Assembly (NCBI GenBank): GCA_034520945.1
Contig: JAXHNB010000006.1
Span: 576,001 to 640,000, forward strand
Reading direction: 5' to 3'
From: Trueperaceae bacterium
GTDB lineage: Bacteria > Deinococcota > Deinococci > Deinococcales > Trueperaceae
Length of the DNA: 64,000 nucleotides
Made by a program: the position numbers and the translations under genes. Of the stretch, positions 61,762 to 64,000 are shown piece by piece. Position 1 is the stretch's first letter; each line of letters starts with the position of its first letter. The notes under the pieces are model-generated. The model saw only the letters and a program-made list of their open reading frames with translations. It searched no databases and was not told the origin of the DNA.

Positions 61762-62991
61762 ATGCCCGTCTTCGAGTACAAGGCCCGCGACCGCAGCGGC
61801 AAGGTCGTCGCGGCGACCATGGAGGCCACCACCCAGCGGGAGGTCGCCACCGCCCTGCGGGACAAAGGCTACTTCGTCAGCGAGATCAAGTCGCCGAAGC
61901 GGGGACTGAACACCGACATCAAGCTGCCGGCCTGGCTGGACATCGGCAGCCGCCCCAACACCCGGGACGTCACCATCTTCAGTCGGCAGTTCGCCACCGT
62001 GATCAACGCGGGCCTGCCGGTGGTGCAGTCGCTGGCGATCCTGCAGCGCCAGACCGACAAGCAGGGGTTCAAGAACGCCTTGCGGCGCATCCGGGAGGAC
62101 GTCGAGACGGGCATTCCGCTCTCGGACGCCATGGCCAAGTTTCCCGGCATCTTCAACAAGCTCTACATCTACCTCGTCAAGGCCGGCGAGGTGTCCGGCA
62201 ACCTCGACGGCATCCTCGAGCGCGTCGCGGCCTACCTCGAGAAGCAGGCCGAGCTGCGCGGCAAGATCCGTACCGCCCTGACCTACCCGACCGTGGTGCT
62301 GGTGATCGCGCTGGCGGTGACGTTCTTCCTGCTGACCGGCATCGTGCCGCAGTTCGCCAACATCCTCAATCAGCTGGGCGGCGAGCTGCCGATCATCACC
62401 AAGGTATTGATCGGCATCAGCGATTTCCTGATCAACTTCTGGTGGTTGTTGATCCTGATCATCGTGGGGGCGGTGGTCGGCCTGGGGCTCTACTACCGAA
62501 CGCCGAACGGACGCCGCGTGATGGACCGGATCGCGCTGCGCCTGCCGGTGTTCGGCGTGCTGATCCAGAAGACCTCCATCGCCAACTTCTCGAACACCTT
62601 CGGCTTGCTGCTGCACTCGGGCGTGAACATCATCGAGGCGCTGGAGATCACGAAGGGATCCGCCGGAAACGCCGTGGTGGAGGACATCCTCGACGAGACG
62701 AAGGAGTCCGTCCAGCGCGGCGAGCAGATCAGCGCCACCCTGATGAAGTACCCGCGGGTGTTCCCGCCGCTGGTGTCGTCCATGACCGCGATCGGCGAGG
62801 AGACCGGCGCGGTGGACCACATGATGCACAAGATCGCGGCGTTCTACGAGCGCGAGGTCGACGAGGCCGTCGCCAGCCTCACCGCCGCCCTGGAACCGGC
62901 CCTGATCGTGTTCCTCGGCGTCGTCGTCGGCTTCATCGTGGCCGGCATGTTCCTGCCGATGTTCTCGATCATCGGGCAGTTGTCGGGTTGA
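61762..62991 (+). CDS. pilC: Type IV pilus platform protein PilC (T2SS F family)
   Basis: FSRQFATVINAGLP, AGEVSGNLD, ALTYP, IGEETG, LEPALIV. AGGAGGAGG SD. Confidence 0.94.
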   Translation: MPVFEYKARDRSGKVVAATMEATTQREVATALRDKGYFVSEIKSPKRGLNTDIKLPAWLDIGSRPNTRDVTIFSRQFATVINAGLPVVQSLAILQRQTDKQGFKNALRRIREDVETGIPLSDAMAKFPGIFNKLYIYLVKAGEVSGNLDGILERVAAYLEKQAELRGKIRTALTYPTVVLVIALAVTFFLLTGIVPQFANILNQLGGELPIITKVLIGISDFLINFWWLLILIIVGAVVGLGLYYRTPNGRRVMDRIALRLPVFGVLIQKTSIANFSNTFGLLLHSGVNIIEALEITKGSAGNAVVEDILDETKESVQRGEQISATLMKYPRVFPPLVSSMTAIGEETGAVDHMMHKIAAFYEREVDEAVASLTAALEPALIVFLGVVVGFIVAGMFLPMFSIIGQLSG

Positions 62992-63518
62992 GGTGTAGAG
63001 GGTCATGAATTCTGGCGGAAATCGGGCACGGGTCACGAAGTGTGACGTGCGCCCGATTTCTTGCATACTGACCCTGGATGCCATGGAAAGGTCATGCACC
63101 AAAGTCATGAGCCGAGTGGGAATCGGCCGTTCAGGGCGACGTTTCTGAGAATCCTCGTTCCGAGCGATCCATGCAGCGGCGTGCGGTCTCTTGTGCTCGA
63201 TGGCTGGCAGTGTGGCCGTCCTCGGGACCGCTGTCCGTTGAAGCGCGATTGGCAGTGACGCTGTCAGGGACGTAATCCGCCAACTTCCTGTACCCGGCTA
63301 TGCATCGGCCGTAGTAGAGTGTCACACGACTCTGTGACGTAGTGCGCCATTTGCGTGTACATTGGTCGGGTTTCAGGGTTCCACATGGCACATGCGAGGT
63401 GTGAAAACAAGTGTTTCCGGCTGTATATCGTGCGAAGTGTCCATCCGCCATTTTCGTCCTCGGTATGCGTTGTTCGGACGGTGCAATACATCGGGCCGGA
63501 GGCTGCATAGGCGGAGGC

Positions 63519-63620
63519 ATGCAGACCTCGGGGTTCGGGTGCCGCGGCGGTGCTGGCCGACCCCATTCGGATGAAGATCGTCGCGTTCCTGCTTGATCCC
63601 GTCGCGAGCTGCTGCAGCCG
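63519..63620 (+). pseudogene. ArsR/SmtB regulator 5' remnant
   Basis: GGAGG-ATG at 63519, then in another frame VLADPIRMKIVAFLLDPVASCCSR (ArsR helix 1-2 with a Cys pair). Truncated. Confidence 0.6.
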
Positions 63621-63649
63621 GTGGTGGCCCCTCCCGGCTGTGGCGCCGC

Positions 63650-63822
63650 ATGTCGTTCCCCGACCGCTGGCTGACCGCCTGGATCTTCGCGGCGATGGCG
63701 ATCGGCGTGGCCGATCGGCTGGGCGGCGCCCGGCATCGGGGGGTTCCTCGACCGCCTCGCGGTCGGCGCGACGAACCTGCCGATCGCGATCGGCCTGATC
63801 GTGATGATGTACCCGCCGCTCG
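63650..63822 (+). pseudogene. acr3: Acr3 arsenite efflux permease 5' remnant
   Basis: [20 protein letters not shown] and, frameshifted, [27 protein letters not shown], which are Acr3 N-terminal signatures. Truncated. Confidence 0.8.
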
Positions 63823-63959
63823 AGCGTCCGCCCGGTGACGAGCATCAGGACGAGCCCCGCTCGCCTGGTGTTGCGCAGGGCCTCCCAGGTCGCGGGCTCG
63901 ACCTCCCCGTCCCGCGCCAGGGTGCCATCCAGGTCGCACGCCAGGCTCTTGCGATACAC
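63817..63959 (-). pseudogene. HAD-IIB (Cof-like) hydrolase 5' remnant
   Basis: [20 protein letters not shown]...LMLVTGR carries HAD motifs I and II. After about 48 codons it reads into antisense acr3 sequence. Confidence 0.75.
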
Positions 63960-64000
63960 GGTCGCCTCACGAGGGCTTGTGGAGTCACCTCGGAGGACGG

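Noticed and set aside
63264..63816. 231-aa HAD ORF taken as an intact gene
   Set aside because: Only the first ~48 codons are HAD-like. The rest is antisense acr3/arsR and intergenic sequence.

Overview
High-GC bacterial chromosome segment, most likely Deinococcota and Truepera-like. This is inferred from the RecA P-loop GPEAGGKTT, the cinA-recA-rny order, csaB with a DUF5693-like gene, and many leaderless TANNNT promoters. Most of the window is core housekeeping: mreB, tsaBE, hrcA, guaA, mrp, valS, pth-rplY-prs, rny-recA-cinA, udk-pyrG, gmk-rpoZ-coaBC, argR, hflX, fatty-acid oxidation genes, a CCA-type nucleotidyltransferase, ypdA, nth and pilC. No rRNA, tRNA, CRISPR array or intact mobile element was seen. 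The most interesting signals are: (1) an uncharacterised three-gene unit at 2793-8447, where two paralogous proteins share an unnamed N-terminal domain and a C-terminal Roadblock/MglB-like domain and flank a receptor-like membrane protein, plus a second tandem Roadblock pair with a DUF3467-like gene next to a PP2C/kinase pair at 50-54.5 kb; (2) a strand-specific rod-shaped RNA structure with a terminator directly after hrcA; (3) a probable ATC start codon for hflX; (4) several intact pseudoenzymes; (5) a sharp strand-skew anomaly confined to recA; (6) a frameshifted SLC13 transporter and a deletion scar joining arsR, acr3 and HAD remnants at the right edge. All family calls come from motif recognition by eye, not from database searches.
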